From assembly GCA_002633005.1 (NCBI GenBank), contig NMRA01000149.1, positions 766,737 through 830,736 on the forward strand: a stretch of DNA of 64,000 bases, in the 5' to 3' direction. The translations under genes were made by a program, and so were the position numbers. The stretch's first letter is position 1. Every line of letters begins with the position of its first letter. The notes under the pieces are model-generated. The model did not search any database. It had not been told where the DNA came from and saw only the letters and a list, made by a program, of their open reading frames with translations. Below are positions 1 through 13,800 of this stretch, piece after piece. This stretch comes from Phoronis australis (Eukaryota; Animalia; Phoronida).

Positions 1-742
1 GTGGTTTAATCTAAAATTTGGGACACAGTTCCCTGAATATTGACAGTAAGAATAATATGTGGTTCATTGTGAAGTTGCACACTGTTTAGACTTTTGCTGT
101 TCAAATCAAAACTTAATTTTTGCACAAATGACGATCACATGACATATAAGCAATTGTGCATCACTTTAAACCAGGGAGTAAGATTTAGCAGTCAACCCAT
201 TGAACCCATTGTGTGACAGCTAAGTAAAGAATTTAGATATTGCTAGGACTAACATTCAGCTCAGTTTTTCAGTTTCCAATACAAAAGAAGCTGTCCACCT
301 TTAAGTTAGTAGACCATTCAGAGTCCCCCCCCCTTGTGGTTTTAGTGAAACAACTAAAGTTAAAGGCCAAGTATGGTGCCAAAATGATTTTATTGATGAA
401 AAACATCAAAATACTGTGTCATAGCATACCCCAGTCGTTAATTAAGTAGACCTTCGACAATACAGTAGCCCCATCACAAACCGCATTTAGCGCCAAAAAA
501 AAAAATTGAGACGGCGCTCGCGCCAATCGAAGTATATGACATCATCATTACCACGAATTTGGCTTTCACCGTGTCTCCACAGTATTGGAATCAGCGATGA
601 CTGGCCATTTAATTTAGTGCATAATACGTGGAAAATCAAGGAAACACATTAATTTTTCATTTCATGTCAGTTAATATTAAAATTGATCAAAATCATTACC
701 TTTAGAATTTTTGATTCAATTATTTAGCACATATTCTAATAC

Positions 743-1400
743 GGGCCCGTATGGGAATCCCTGCTAGTGTGACTGGGACCGTCGGAACAGCCAGAAAAAT
801 AAAAGTCTTTGTCTGAATTATTATCAGCAATTTCACAATGTTTATTATAAAGAGTAATTTGCTTGATACAAAAACTTTAATATTTGGAACTTTGCATTCA
901 TGTCTTTTTGAAGCCGAAGGTGTGAACGTTGCGCGATTCCAATAGGCCTACGGGCAGCTGTCGAGTGTGTGTCCCCATATTGCTATAGGCGACAATAAGC
1001 CGTTTAATTTGGTACAAAATACTTGGAAACGTTACAACACATCAGCTTGATCTTTTCGTACAACGCAATTATAATCAAATTTATTGAAAACTTTTTATTA
1101 AAAACTCAATTTTCAAAATAAATCGCCTTGAAATGCTGCAACCCGTATTCTAATCGCCGCCATTTTAACTCGGTCAGCTTAAAAAAATTGAAAATTTAAT
1201 AGCAACACAACATTGTGAGTGTCTGTAATAAATTAAAACTACGAAATAAAGTCTGGATTGCATGAAAACATAACTAATTATAAGAATTTGTAACCAATTG
1301 AACGTTTTAAATTCAGTATCAGAATTCCGTTAGGCCTACGGGAAGGACCCAAATCAGACAGAATATTCCGGATTTGGGACGGATTCCCTATACTCTGGGC
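743..1400. mobile_element. Degenerate MITE-like element
   Basis: Imperfect terminal inverted pair ggcccgtatgggaatcc ... ggattccctatactctgggcc; no coding capacity. Confidence 0.3.
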
Positions 1401-3994
1401 CAGAACAGTAACACGAAACGTCGAAGTGCACACTGTAGATTTTTTTGTAGTTGGTCAGCTAGCTGTTTGAAGACTATCACCAAAATACAGCAAGGTAACA
1501 CTGTGAATTGAGCTCTGTTAAACCATAGACTATAGACCTCATACAGGCCGGGTATGAGTTGTGTTAGTCACCTTGTCGTGAAACTTATATCGCAGAGCCG
1601 ACGGCCGGGGTGCATGCAAAATCTAAGAGACAATTCAGACACTCACCTTGCCCGTTGCCAGTCGTTTACGGGAAGAACAATCTAATAAACATCATTTTCT
1701 AGCATTACTCTGCGCCTTTTGAGTTTTGTAACAAAGAAAGTCTGTCGTCGTTGGGAAAACAGTATGCTCGTGACACGCGCACGCGCTGTACTAAAATTTT
1801 GCGACTTCTTTTGGGACATGATGACAGCTTCACAGCAGTAAAATTTGTTCTAAATTCAGTTTGCTGGTCTTAAAAATGCTAATAACTTGTAACGAAATGA
1901 AACCAGTTCCGACAATTTGTTGTGACAGTACGCAACCTCGTGGCAGCAAAGAACAGTTGATAGAAGAATAAACTGGGGGGAAACGAAACTGTTCAGGTCA
2001 GGTGACGTAATCGCAGAACGCTGACACACAAGAGCACACTTCAATTTTAGCAGTAGATGAGCGGTAGAACAATAATTCTTCCAACACCGGTAAATAATTT
2101 GGTTTACTCAAAGAGCGGTGCAGCTTTTAATGACACTATTTCGGAGTCAGATTTTATTTAGTCATTTTTACCCACATGGACGCAAAGCTGTAGATTTTGT
2201 ATACAGCTTTGCACCAAGCCTAAAACAGATCTTGCTGATCGGGAAAGTTTGTCGCCAGTCCTTGTCGTGGATGCGAATCTATTCCACGCATGGCACACGA
2301 CGTGATCGGTGGGGAAGTTGTGCAAATGTATCCCATTGTCGCTGCGTTTCTACACCCGCACATCACGCAAAGAGGCATTTTAGCTCAGAGGTCGACAAAT
2401 ACAGAACGTCCAAGAAATAGCACTTAGCTGTTACGAAGTGTGGCTTCCCAGTAATTTCGTGGCCACGATGATGTCATATGAACCACTTTACGCTGATTGG
2501 TTGAGATTTTTTCAGGGGCACTCGAAGAGGCTACGAATTATGAGCGGTGTAACTTGCATTGCAATTAATTAATTTCCGTAGTATGTAAGAAGCGAAAACA
2601 ATATTTTTATGAACAAAGCATACATTTCTAGTGTCAAAAATGTGTTTTAGCTGCTGGACGCTCTCTTTAAGGTTATCTCAAACCTTATTTAGTGGCCTCT
2701 ATTCTAACTCGTATTTTCAAAAAAACTAAGCTTTGTCAGCTAGAAAAAGTATTTATTTTATGAAAGGAAAAAGATCAGGGAATATATAAAAATATTTTAT
2801 GTATGTATGTACATTTATTGTTATTACGTTAACACCCTTTTTATGTCAAAATTTCATTTTTAAGAAAGGTGCATTCATAGCAAAATAACCCCTCAGTCGA
2901 TTTTAACTAAATCTTTTTTAAATGAAAACCTGACCATTTTCAGCAAAATCCACCAAGCCGTTTTCGAGAACTCGTGTTCGTCAGTTCAAATAAAGTTGAT
3001 TTGCCAAAGCCAAGAAAAAGCCTATTAAACTGAGACAAGTGAAAATCAAAGTCTTCTTTCAATTATTTGGTGAAAACTTGTTTTCGGTCAATTTAACCTA
3101 TACATGCCTTAACCAATAGCTATTTCAACATTCACTCACAATGTCAACAGATTTTGCAGTGCGTAATTAACTTAATTATCATTAAAACGTACCGTTCTCA
3201 GCCACGAGATGGGATCAACTGTTACTGTTGTTTGACCTACTTAAAACCTACTTAAAAGTTGGTCACAGTTCATTGTTATACACAGTCTGTACACGTCACG
3301 TGCCAGGAGACTGATACGAAACCAAGTAAGAAATGGATAACAAAAATCGAATCGGTGGTTAAAGCATGTTGTTAGCATTAGATTTCAATTTACTTATTGA
3401 ACTAAGGAATTAGGGTGATGATTTATCTCTTTTCTCAACGTGCTGTGTTCATGACCATAGAGGCGTGAGGCGACTCATAGCATTTGTTCTCAACGGTCGT
3501 ATGCATGTAGACACACAACTCCCTCCGGATGAAAATTACGTTTTGTCTTTATTTTCCCCCGTTTTATCATAAGTGCACTTCATTGACTCAATATTATGGC
3601 GACTCAGTGAATGAAGGGACTGAGGGTACATACGAAGCTGCTCTGTACCTGGCAGGAGATAAGATTTGAGTGACAATGCTGTAACCTTTGACCTCGGATA
3701 AGTAGTAAGCAAATATCTACGTGGTTGTGCGGTTCCAAGGTGGTTCTGCTAAATCTTTTTTTTTCTAGCTACAATGTATATGTTTTGTTTTTGAAGTTCC
3801 CCGAAAATGAAGATAAGATATTTTGCTAGACACGTGAAGTATTGTAAAAATGGCCAATTTTTGTGAATAAGGTTTGAGATATCCGTTAAGCCTCTTATGT
3901 TATGCTTAACTCTCATGGCAGTGTTATCTAAATTGACTGGTACATCAATGGTTCCAGTAGACAATGGTTTAACATTTGCTGTATTTTGTTGTAG

Positions 3995-4811
3995 TTTTGG
4001 AACAACACAGATACAACATGGACCAGTTGAGATTGTGCAATGAAAGCGGCAAAGTCGTTGGCAGTATAGAAAGAGTTAAAAACTTATGTGCTAGTACTGA
4101 GGCAGTGTTAGGGCTGAGAAAACAGTTGGTACCTCATGAAAAGCAGGAAAAAGTGGAATCTTATAGTGATGCAGAAGAAAAACGTTTGTTTAACAAAAGG
4201 CGAAGAGATGAATCTGCTCAAAACAACAGTGTTGGTTATATAGTTGACATGAATTCTGTGGCTGAATCAGTGTTTAGGAAATTAAACACACACTCTCCTG
4301 TGGTTGGCCAAGATGTATCCTGGGAGTCCAATTTGAGGTCTTTCAAAGCCCAGCTGAAGAAAATTGCTTCAACACAACTTGATACTGCCATAGACAAAAC
4401 CATGGGTGATCAACTGGTGAAAATGGATTCAATGGAGGAAGGTTGTAATGCCAGTACTTTGAAGTTGAATGATCCTGAAACAAGACAGTTGCCACCTACG
4501 CAAAATCCTCAGTTGATTACTAAACCACCTGAAAGTGCTCAGAATATTCATGAACAAATACATTTACCAAAAAAACCTAACAAGGTGAAACGCAAGCAAA
4601 TGGCTAAAAATTTAGAGGACATAATATCGCAACCTGAATTCCACGCCGCACTCAACGAATTTTATGATTTAGAGACATCGGAAGATGTGGAGCCTTCTAT
4701 TTTGCCAGTATTCACAAATGAATATGGGGATGATCTCGAAATGGAGGCCACTGCTAAAGACCAGCTCCCTGTTAAAGTGACCAAGTTAACACCAAGAAAG
4801 GGTCACATTAA
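3995..4811 (+). CDS. POLRMT: POLRMT exon (N-terminal extension, [12 protein letters not shown]...RKGHIK)
   Basis: Within the 310-aa ORF; acceptor tttgttgtag, donor gtatga; its phase-2 end fits the next exon. Poorly conserved sequence. Confidence 0.75.
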
Positions 4812-7800
4812 GTATGATCTGTTTCTTATTTGTTCAAATTTAAAGTGGCTATTTGTGAGCATGTTGTTTACAAACTACCCAAAGTGTGTGGTGTTCAGAA
4901 GTCGCTAGAACAAAGAACATGAATAACACAAATGACTTCACAAAGTCCAAAGTGTGGACCATTTTCAGAATTATCACTAAGTAATTGGTTTTCTACAGTA
5001 GTATACTATTTCTATTATCTTTGCGTGAAACAGTTTGTATGTTGATCATTTCTTCACTAGTTCATAATTTTGAGATTTATTTAATTGTTCTTGTCTTGTT
5101 CCTTAGTCAGGTTTGAGTTGATTCTGGGCTCAGGAAGAACTGACAGGTTACTATTTCTTCCCATCAAGATCCTCAAGTTTGAGGTCACAGTTGAAAATTT
5201 CATTAGTTGGATCTGAAGAAATAGTTCTTTTGAAGCTCTGGAGTCACTCTCAGTTTGAGACTAATTTTGTAATTGTAAGCGGTTGAAATCAGAAGTTGTT
5301 TTTTGTGATTGCGCAAATTTAAGGTTTAAGTGGTTTCAGAATTTTGCTGTTTCCCAATTCTTCTCAGTCTAGCTTTACACCTTTACATCAGTACCACTTG
5401 TGTGTCTGGTGAATCAATGTTGAAAAGATTTGATGACCTCATGGTCTTATCCATTTAATGATGTTACCCCCTTAGGAAAGTCAGAAGTTCACAAGATGCA
5501 GACCGTGCTGCTTTAGGTCGCTCCCACAACTTCCAAGAGGATCTTAAGTCTTACATAGATGTCTGTATTCATGCTGGTTTGGTAAGAAATTTGTAGTTGT
5601 ATATTTTAATAGGATAACTTGCATTTTTGATAAAGTATACCAGATATCATGGTCCCAGGAGTGAGAAGTGAGTTGACTGTAACTTCATGTTGCATTGTAA
5701 TGCACCCACATATTTATATGTGGTCGCATATTGCCGTCATCTCTGTCTGGGCATCCAGCGTCCGTAGCTGTATCCCTTAAACCCCTCACAGGATCTTGAT
5801 GAGATTTGGCAGATGTGTTCCTATAAAGCTGACGACGGACGGCGACGAATTTCAGACCACTCCGGCTACCGGTGTGCTCCCTAGTGGCAATTTTAGTTTT
5901 TACACTTACCTCTGTATTTTCGGAGGTCCTCAATGGATTTTTATAAAATTTGGTAGTTAGGCATCTATTAAGGAGATGATAGCATCCTCTCCTTTTTGGA
6001 CAAATTCGTGGTACTTTGCGCCACCTACAGGGCTCAACATTAACTTTTTAAGCCACTTTGGGCAAGTAGCTGAAATTTTTACTTGCCCGAACAACAAACT
6101 CACTTGCCCCAAGTGCAATCTCAAACAGCTCCGTGCATGTGCACACCTAGGTCATGTTTTACTGTAGGGCTGTCTGTGCTGAGCCTGCTCTCGTGCTGTT
6201 CATGCTATATGCTCGAGTTGCTATTTTTTAACTATTCTTCTAACCATGGTCATCGGTACCTTGTATTAGTTTAAAATAAAATTTTAACATATAATAATGC
6301 CACATGTACTTTTATTTTCAATGAATAATTATATTTTTGAAAATAAACAGACCGCGAAAAAGTCACCCTTCACTTCAGAGTGACAATCCTGTAGACCGTA
6401 TCCCTCTTCTTTTGGAGTCGCATCTGGGAGCTGGGAATAAGAGTTTCCTTTGGAATTCCCCCCGAATAAATACCTGTCCTTTAAAACTGCTGTGTAGTGT
6501 AGAAAATATGTGGTCAATCATTCACTTTTTAGCTTTTGCAATTACCTGTATGACTTACATCTGCCGAGGAACACGGTGCTTCCAGCTGTACTTGGGTAAC
6601 GCCGGCAAAAATCACACATCATCCCTTGTTCACTGTCTCGCAGACCAGGAAACCTAACTTCCCATGACGGAACCCACCCCGGCATTCTTCTTTTCATATT
6701 GTTGCTTTGATTCTTCCTGAGGTCATTTTTTAGCAACTAAACCAAGGACATTTTTATGCGCCCACATATTTATATGTGGACGCATTATGCCGTCATCTCC
6801 ATCCGTCCGGGCGGCGTCCGGCGTCCGCTGCTCTATCTCCAAAACCCTTTGACATACGTTCATGAAATTTGGCACATATGTTCCATTCATGAATGGGACG
6901 GCATGTGCGAACTTTCGGACGGATCCGACTACCGGTGTGCCCCCTAGTGGCAATTTTAGTTTTTTACGCTTACCTTTGTATCTTCAAAAGTCCTGAACGG
7001 ATTTTCATGAAATTTGGTATGTAGGCACCTATTAGTGAGATGACGCTATCCTCCCGTTTTCAGATGGATTCGACATAGTTTGCGCCACCTAGTGGCCATT
7101 TTTAGTGTTTTCGAGTCTGTTTTTGTGCGTCCACCCCTCTATCAACCAAACCGCTCAAAGGATGATTGTGAAAATTGGCATGTATGTGCTTACTATAAAG
7201 AAGACAGCTGACAATGATTTTCAGACGATTTGGACTACTGTGGCGCCTCCTAGTGGCAGTTTTTTTTTTTTTGCGCCTATGGCTGTATCTCCTAAACCGT
7301 TCGCAGGATCTTTACGAAATTTAATAAGTGTATTTATATGATGTTAACAACAGACGATGACGACTTTTGGACGGATCCGCCTACCAGTGTGCCCCCTAGT
7401 GGCAATTTTATTTTTTTACGTTTACCTCTGTATCTTCACAAGTCCTGAACGGATTTTCATGAAATTTGGTATGTAGGCATCTATTAGTGCGATGACGCTA
7501 TCCTCCCGTTTTCGGATGGATTCGACCTAGTTTGCGACACCCAGTGGCCATTTTTACTGTTTTTGAGTCTGTTTTTTGGCGTCCACCCCTCTATCAACCA
7601 AACCGCTATAAGTATGATTGTGAAAATTGGCATGTATGTTCTTACTATGAAGAGGACGGTTGACGCTGAATTTCCCATGACTTTGATTACTGTGGCGCCT
7701 CCTAGTGGCCATTTTTTTTGCGCCCATGGCTGTATCTCCCAAACCGTTTGCAGGATCTTTACTAAATTTAGCAAGTGTATTTATGTGATGTTGACAATGG

Positions 7801-10800
7801 ACGATGACGACTTTAGGATGATTCTTACTACCGGTATGCCTCTAGTGGCAATTTTAGTATTTTACATTGACCTCTGTATTTTCATAGGTCTTCAGGTATA
7901 TACTTTGTGTAGAAATTTGTTTCTGGCATTCTAATGCTGCGCTAATCTCGTATGTTGGTAAATTTGTTTTTAATTCTATGTTTCTGTGGTGCTTTAAGCA
8001 ACTGATGTATAGGATGTGCTTTTATTATGAAGATCACTCACATTTTGCCCCTAGCCTATTGAGGAGACAATGACCATCCCTTTCCATTTTGCACAGTACA
8101 ACATACTACATATATGCCCTCTACTGGCCACTTTATGGTACCAATAAACAACCCTAGAAGGATACCGTATACGGTGCAATTGTGGGCGCATTTCAACGCT
8201 CTGCGTTGCTCTTGTGTCAGAGTGCAGACGATCAGTAGTATCACGTGACAACCTATTCAGAAACTGTAGGGCTCGTTCAGAGAATCAAAAAGATTTGACC
8301 GCGGATGTCATCTGTGCATGCAGCATCACACTCATTCAATTTTCCTTATGGTGCTCATTCGAAGACTGGAGTTTTTTTGACGGCCACCGGGGGTTTTTCG
8401 ACGGTAATTAGGATTGTGTCGGTGTTCGTTACTTTAGAGCAACTGTCGAACAGAGAATCTTAGAATCTACTTGCCTATGCGGCCAGCTTTTTAACTTGCC
8501 CATCGGGCAGGTACTTTTCAAATTTCACTTGCCCGACGCAAAATCTACATGTACACGAGCAATCGGGCAACCATTAGTGTTGAGTCCTGACCTAGTGGCC
8601 ATTTTCCTGTATTCGAGTTTGTTTTTTGGCGTACAGCCTTGTATCAACCAAACCGCTAGTGATGGTTTTGAAAATTGGCCTATATGTTCTTACTGTGAAA
8701 AGGCCGGCTGACGATGATTTTTCGATAACTGCGACTACTGTGGCGCATCCTAGTGGCGTTTTTGTTTGTTTTTTGCACCCATGGCTGTATCTCCTAAACG
8801 CTCTACAGGATCTTTATTGAATTTTGCTTGTGTATTTATGACGTTGACAACAGAGGACCACGACTTTCAGACAGATCGGACTACCGGTGTGCTCCGTAGT
8901 GGCAATTTTAGTTTTCTACGTTTACCCCTTCATCTTCAAAGGTCTTCAACGGATTTTTATAAACTTTGGTAGACAGGCATCTATTAGTGAGATGACACTA
9001 TCATCCAGTATTGTGTTGAATTCGAGGCATTTAGCACCAGTTAGTGGCCATTTTTAATGTTTTCGAGTCTTGTTATTTGGCGTCTGCCCCTCTGTCAACC
9101 AAACCACTCTGAGGGTGGTTGTGAAAATTGGCATGTATGTTCCTAATGTGAAGAGGAAGTCTGGCGATGATTTTCCGACAAGTTCATCCACTGCGATGCC
9201 TCTTAGTGGCAGTTATGTTTTTTTGCTTCTATAGACTTCTAGTGACAATTTCATTTTTTTGTTTTCCCCGGTTTCTTAGAATTTCCTTGACGGATTTTTA
9301 TGAAATTGGGTAAATAGCTTTGATGACACATACCAGTTTTTGGATGGATTCGACGTGTTTTGCATCATCTAGTGGCCATTTCCATGTTCCAAATAAACGC
9401 CCCTAGAGGCACACTGTTTGCATTGCATTCGTTGGCGCATTTCAAGATTCCGCGTTGCTCTTGTTTATTGAAGCTTGCATATATTGTCAAAATGTAGCTA
9501 ACTTTGGTTAGTAGTTCTCTATTGTGGAATCTCACCAACGTAGGATACATTGTAGTCATCAAGACCTAGTGAAAATAGCCATTTTCAAATTCTAAACCAT
9601 AAATACCATTATTTTGAAAAATTAAATCACTTAGAAATGAGAGGGTCAATTTTGGTTGCTGTACGATTGCTAGCTGACATTGGTGAGATTCTGGTGTTTA
9701 TCCAACTGTTTGTAATGTTTCAGGTGAAGAAGGCTCATGCCACTCTGTGCTACCTCCATAGATTTACTAGGAACACCAGTAGTGGCAAGGACTTCTCTAC
9801 AGCCAACATAGATGTCTATAACATGCTACTAAGGGGATGGGCCAAAAAGGTGTGTATCTTCTAGACCTTGAAACATATGCAAAACACTGCACATGCTGTC
9901 TTGTGTGTTTCCTCCCCACTCAACAACAAAAAAAGCTGAAAACCAATGTGTGTGCCTCTGAAACATGGAAAGTGAAAGATAGTGATAACTGATAAAAAGT
10001 TCATGGAAATTTTCATAAAGTAAACATAAAACAACAATGATTTTTTTCTAGTGACATCGCGATATCATGCTTGGTAACACTCAGTGAAAATTATTTGTGT
10101 TAATGCTTATGTTTGCATTAATATCCTTGGACAGAATGTGGGTTTACAACCCAGGCAGAAAGATAAGTGAACAAAACCAGCCTAACTGCAACGGGCTCAA
10201 ATGTCAGTGATACTGTAAATACCCATTTACAAACAAAAATCTTTTATGGTAAATAAAGTGCGGAAACAAATTCAGATCAGTTTCGCAACTTCAAGGAAAA
10301 GAAACAGTACAGTGGTCAGAAATCATCTAAATGTGGTGACCACACTGAAAAATCCTGTCGGACCAAAAAATCCAGTGGCTGAACAAAAAGAACAATGTAC
10401 CATTACCATGTGGCCAAGGATCATGATCCGTGCCTGGACAAAAATTCAGTCTTGGTAAATTTTAGATTTGTGCTGTTCACACAAGCATTTCTGGTGCAAA
10501 CAAAGCTTGCAACAACACACAAGCTTACTGCCCTACACAGCTGTGCTGACACAATAATGCCACCACTGGATTTAGCAGATCAGCCAGAGTATTTACAGGT
10601 CCAGCCACTGTACTGTTTCCTCCCTTCGAATTTTTACAATGCTGCATCCTTGACAATCACACATTGCCTCTTTCCAATGCATACTCCACTTCCTCTGTCC
10701 CAGTTTCTCCACATTTGCTGAGAGTGGCCTTTCTCAACAAATTCCTTTGGACCTGTTGTGGTATAAGCCAGTAATCTTTGGCAAATACTTTTTTCCCCCC

Positions 10801-13800
10801 GACTCGTTCCTTAAGTTACAAATTCTCTTTGACGCATCTTCTGGGAGTAGACTTTTCGACCTCTCTCTAGCCCCCTCACCTAGTTGTCCAGAAGGGTACC
10901 TTCTTGCTGGTTTTGAACTTTTCCATACCCAACCTTTACTAATAATCAGCAGGTCTCCAACTTCAGCAGAAGCCACTTCTTCAGCATAAGCCTTTCCTGA
11001 TTCCTAAAATTGTATTAACGAAAAAATTAAACATTTTAAATTTAATGTGGCCATTTCGGCTCAGAAAATATGAATACCAAGCTAAAGTGAAGGCGTCACA
11101 AATAAGTCATTCAGATTTGATAAAAAATTTTCAAAATGAATTTCTATGTACGTGACAGCAGGACAAAGGTATGAAACAGAAGTATGGCACATTACATATA
11201 GAAAATATCGAGACCGATTTAAATTATCCGCACTGCCTATGTGTCAGCGTTCATTGTGAAATGAATGAGTTGTGCATTATATTTCTCTTCATAACATTGA
11301 AACATAAAACAAGTGACCAATGTAATTTTTTTTGAGAAATACACAATATTTTTGACGGCTTTAGCATGTTTAATTAACTTCATATTCAATCGCAGAAATT
11401 CATTGGCAGACATAACATACTCCCTAGTATCTAAAAGTAGGTCATGGGCAGAAGTCATATAACACATTTGGTGGTTATTATGAAAAGTTATGATGACTAC
11501 CTATTTTCTATGCCAATGTCTACATGGACTGCATATACATCAACACATATTTGAATAAGATATGATTAAGCAATAAGGCCCAAGTTATAAGCAATAACGG
11601 TGTGTCAATAAAAGTATTTTTTTTTGCATGAATGACGTGCTCCTTAAATATTCTTCAGGGTCAGACCCTGGAATTTAGTGATTCCTACCTGAGCTCACAA
11701 GAAGTAGGATGTTGAACCTTGACTTAACGTCTTTGGTCATTTTTCAGACCTCTATCAGATTTCTCCTCTAGTGTGCAGTGGATGTACTCGGTGTCTTTGG
11801 CGACGCCAATACATGTCGAGAGTTGTAACGATGATTCGGGCAAGTGAATCTACTACGGTAGATTATGTAGCTCCTGCTGCACACCTGCCTCCGAGGCAGA
11901 CACTGAGACAGATTACTTCTCAGGAGGACACGTTCCACCTCCACATCAGCTCCCCTCACTTTTAAGGTTCTCAAATGTCTCGCTCTTTTCCTTGTGAATT
12001 TCCCAAGAGTTTCCAAAGTTTTTTCTCTTCGCAATTTGTAAAAATGCCACATTCGATGCGACTGGCAGAGCCAGATAAATAGATAAATTTGCAAACCCGC
12101 ACTTTAGATCAGCCATCACTCAACTAACGCATTGTATGCTTTAGTTTGGTATTTAACGAGTTGGATGAACAAATGTAGTATAATTTCATATTGTAGTGGG
12201 AACTACTAAGTGTCCTTAAAATTAATTAAAAACATTTAATCAAACCAATTTAATTGTTGTATTATACCACTGCATTTTTAATGTGTAGAAACGGCGCACA
12301 ACTAGTGACTGATTTAACATGACAAATACACATACGCGGTCTGAAAATAGTGAAATTCAGACACCTATTACCAAGCCTGCCTGAAGGGCTGACAAAGTTT
12401 TTATTGTATTAATTTCAAGGGCATGGTGTCCTCTACATGTTCATGTTGTTATTTTTAGTTTTCTCGTGGGGGCAGCTTCGGTATAAGGGTACAACTTACT
12501 GCTGGTTTTTCAAAAGAATGAAATGTACCTCCACGGAAACAGTTCCAGTGTTACCATAGTGCCATTTTTACTTACATTGGTCATAAACCTATCATGTGAT
12601 ATCAAAATTGTTCAAAAAAGATTCTGTTTGAAGCAGAAACTGGAGTAGAAAATTTGGTCAAAAATGACTCATTCCACACCAAGAAATTGTCTCATTTTGC
12701 CCCCCAAAAGACTTCCCTTGTATCTCCTAAACCACCAAACTTTGTGGTGTCGTACTTCACCCAATTTCTCTCATCCCTAATGTGATTTATCAGACTAAAC
12801 ATGGATCTGAAGGGCTGACCCCCCACCTTGCCACTTGTTGGCTGTACAGTGGTCGGTGGACCTGTGGACTGATACTTAATATCCTTGCTTGAGCTGCCCA
12901 CCCTGATATTTTTTAATTGTCACTTTCAAATGCCCACCTTTCAGAAATCCAAGTGTCTTTGTGACCACTTGTCTCCCAAGAATTTTAGCTCTCGAATCTT
13001 AGGCAGCATACGCAACTTACCTTTGGGAAAGGTGCAGTAAGTTTCAGCAATGCCTTGCAATATTCAAATGAGGAAAATATCTACTTCTTACACGGTCACA
13101 TTAACATATGATCTCGACAAGATCGCAATATACTTGGGTAAGTGAATGCATTTCTTATCCTGAGCTTTCCACATCTCCACATGTGTGACATTTCTTTTTC
13201 TAGATCAACAAAAGATGGGAACATTAATCCATACAATGTACAGTTCAATGCATTATATCACACTTTACTAGTCTGTGTTGGTCTGTTCTTTTCCTCACCA
13301 CCTCTTGAGACAATAAACCATTTGTTTTACCAATAATATATCTTGTGTGAGGTTTTATGACTCACTGCATTGTTTTGATTTTTAAGGGTAATAATGCAAG
13401 TCTGAGATATTTCCAAATATTACAAGTGCACTTTGATTCACCTAAACGCACTGCTATAAAATCATGAATTCTTTTTGTCACAAAGCATTTTTGTTTTCAT
13501 TTAAAGCACAACTTGGAGAGGATCCAGAATTTATTTGATCTGCTCAAAGTGGATGGTCTGACACCCAACATGCAGTCATTCGCAGCAGTGCTGGAATGTT
13601 TGGGTAGAATTAAACGGTGTGACGAAGTCTTGGTCAGACAGTGTCTTCACCACATGGACAGTCTGGTGAGTTGCTATAGAAACTGTGTTGTTAAAATGTA
13701 TTGCTATGTGACCAGTCCTTTTACCTGATACTATACTTTTACATTCTACAGAAAAAACTATTAGTCGTTGCTCTCTCGAATGTTTTTCATTCTATTTAGG

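Larger units (their letters stand above)
5697..9462 (+). mobile_element. Non-autonomous Helentron/DINE-1-like element (outer copy), interrupted by a hAT element
   Basis: 5' subTIR plus inverted repeat (atgcacccaca-tatttata-tgtggtcgcat), GTCY-type microsatellite, internal ~150-bp repeats, 3' subTIR gttggcgcat plus degenerate stem-loop before ttgtt. Confidence 0.7.

Noticed and set aside
3280-3710. Possible POLRMT first coding exon
   Set aside because: The frames I tested either hit stops or ended in a phase incompatible with the exon at 3995.
7105-7934. Several similar ORFs ([11 protein letters not shown]...) also seen at 8626 and 30157
   Set aside because: Translations of the non-coding internal repeats of the Helentron-like element; frames are not conserved among copies.
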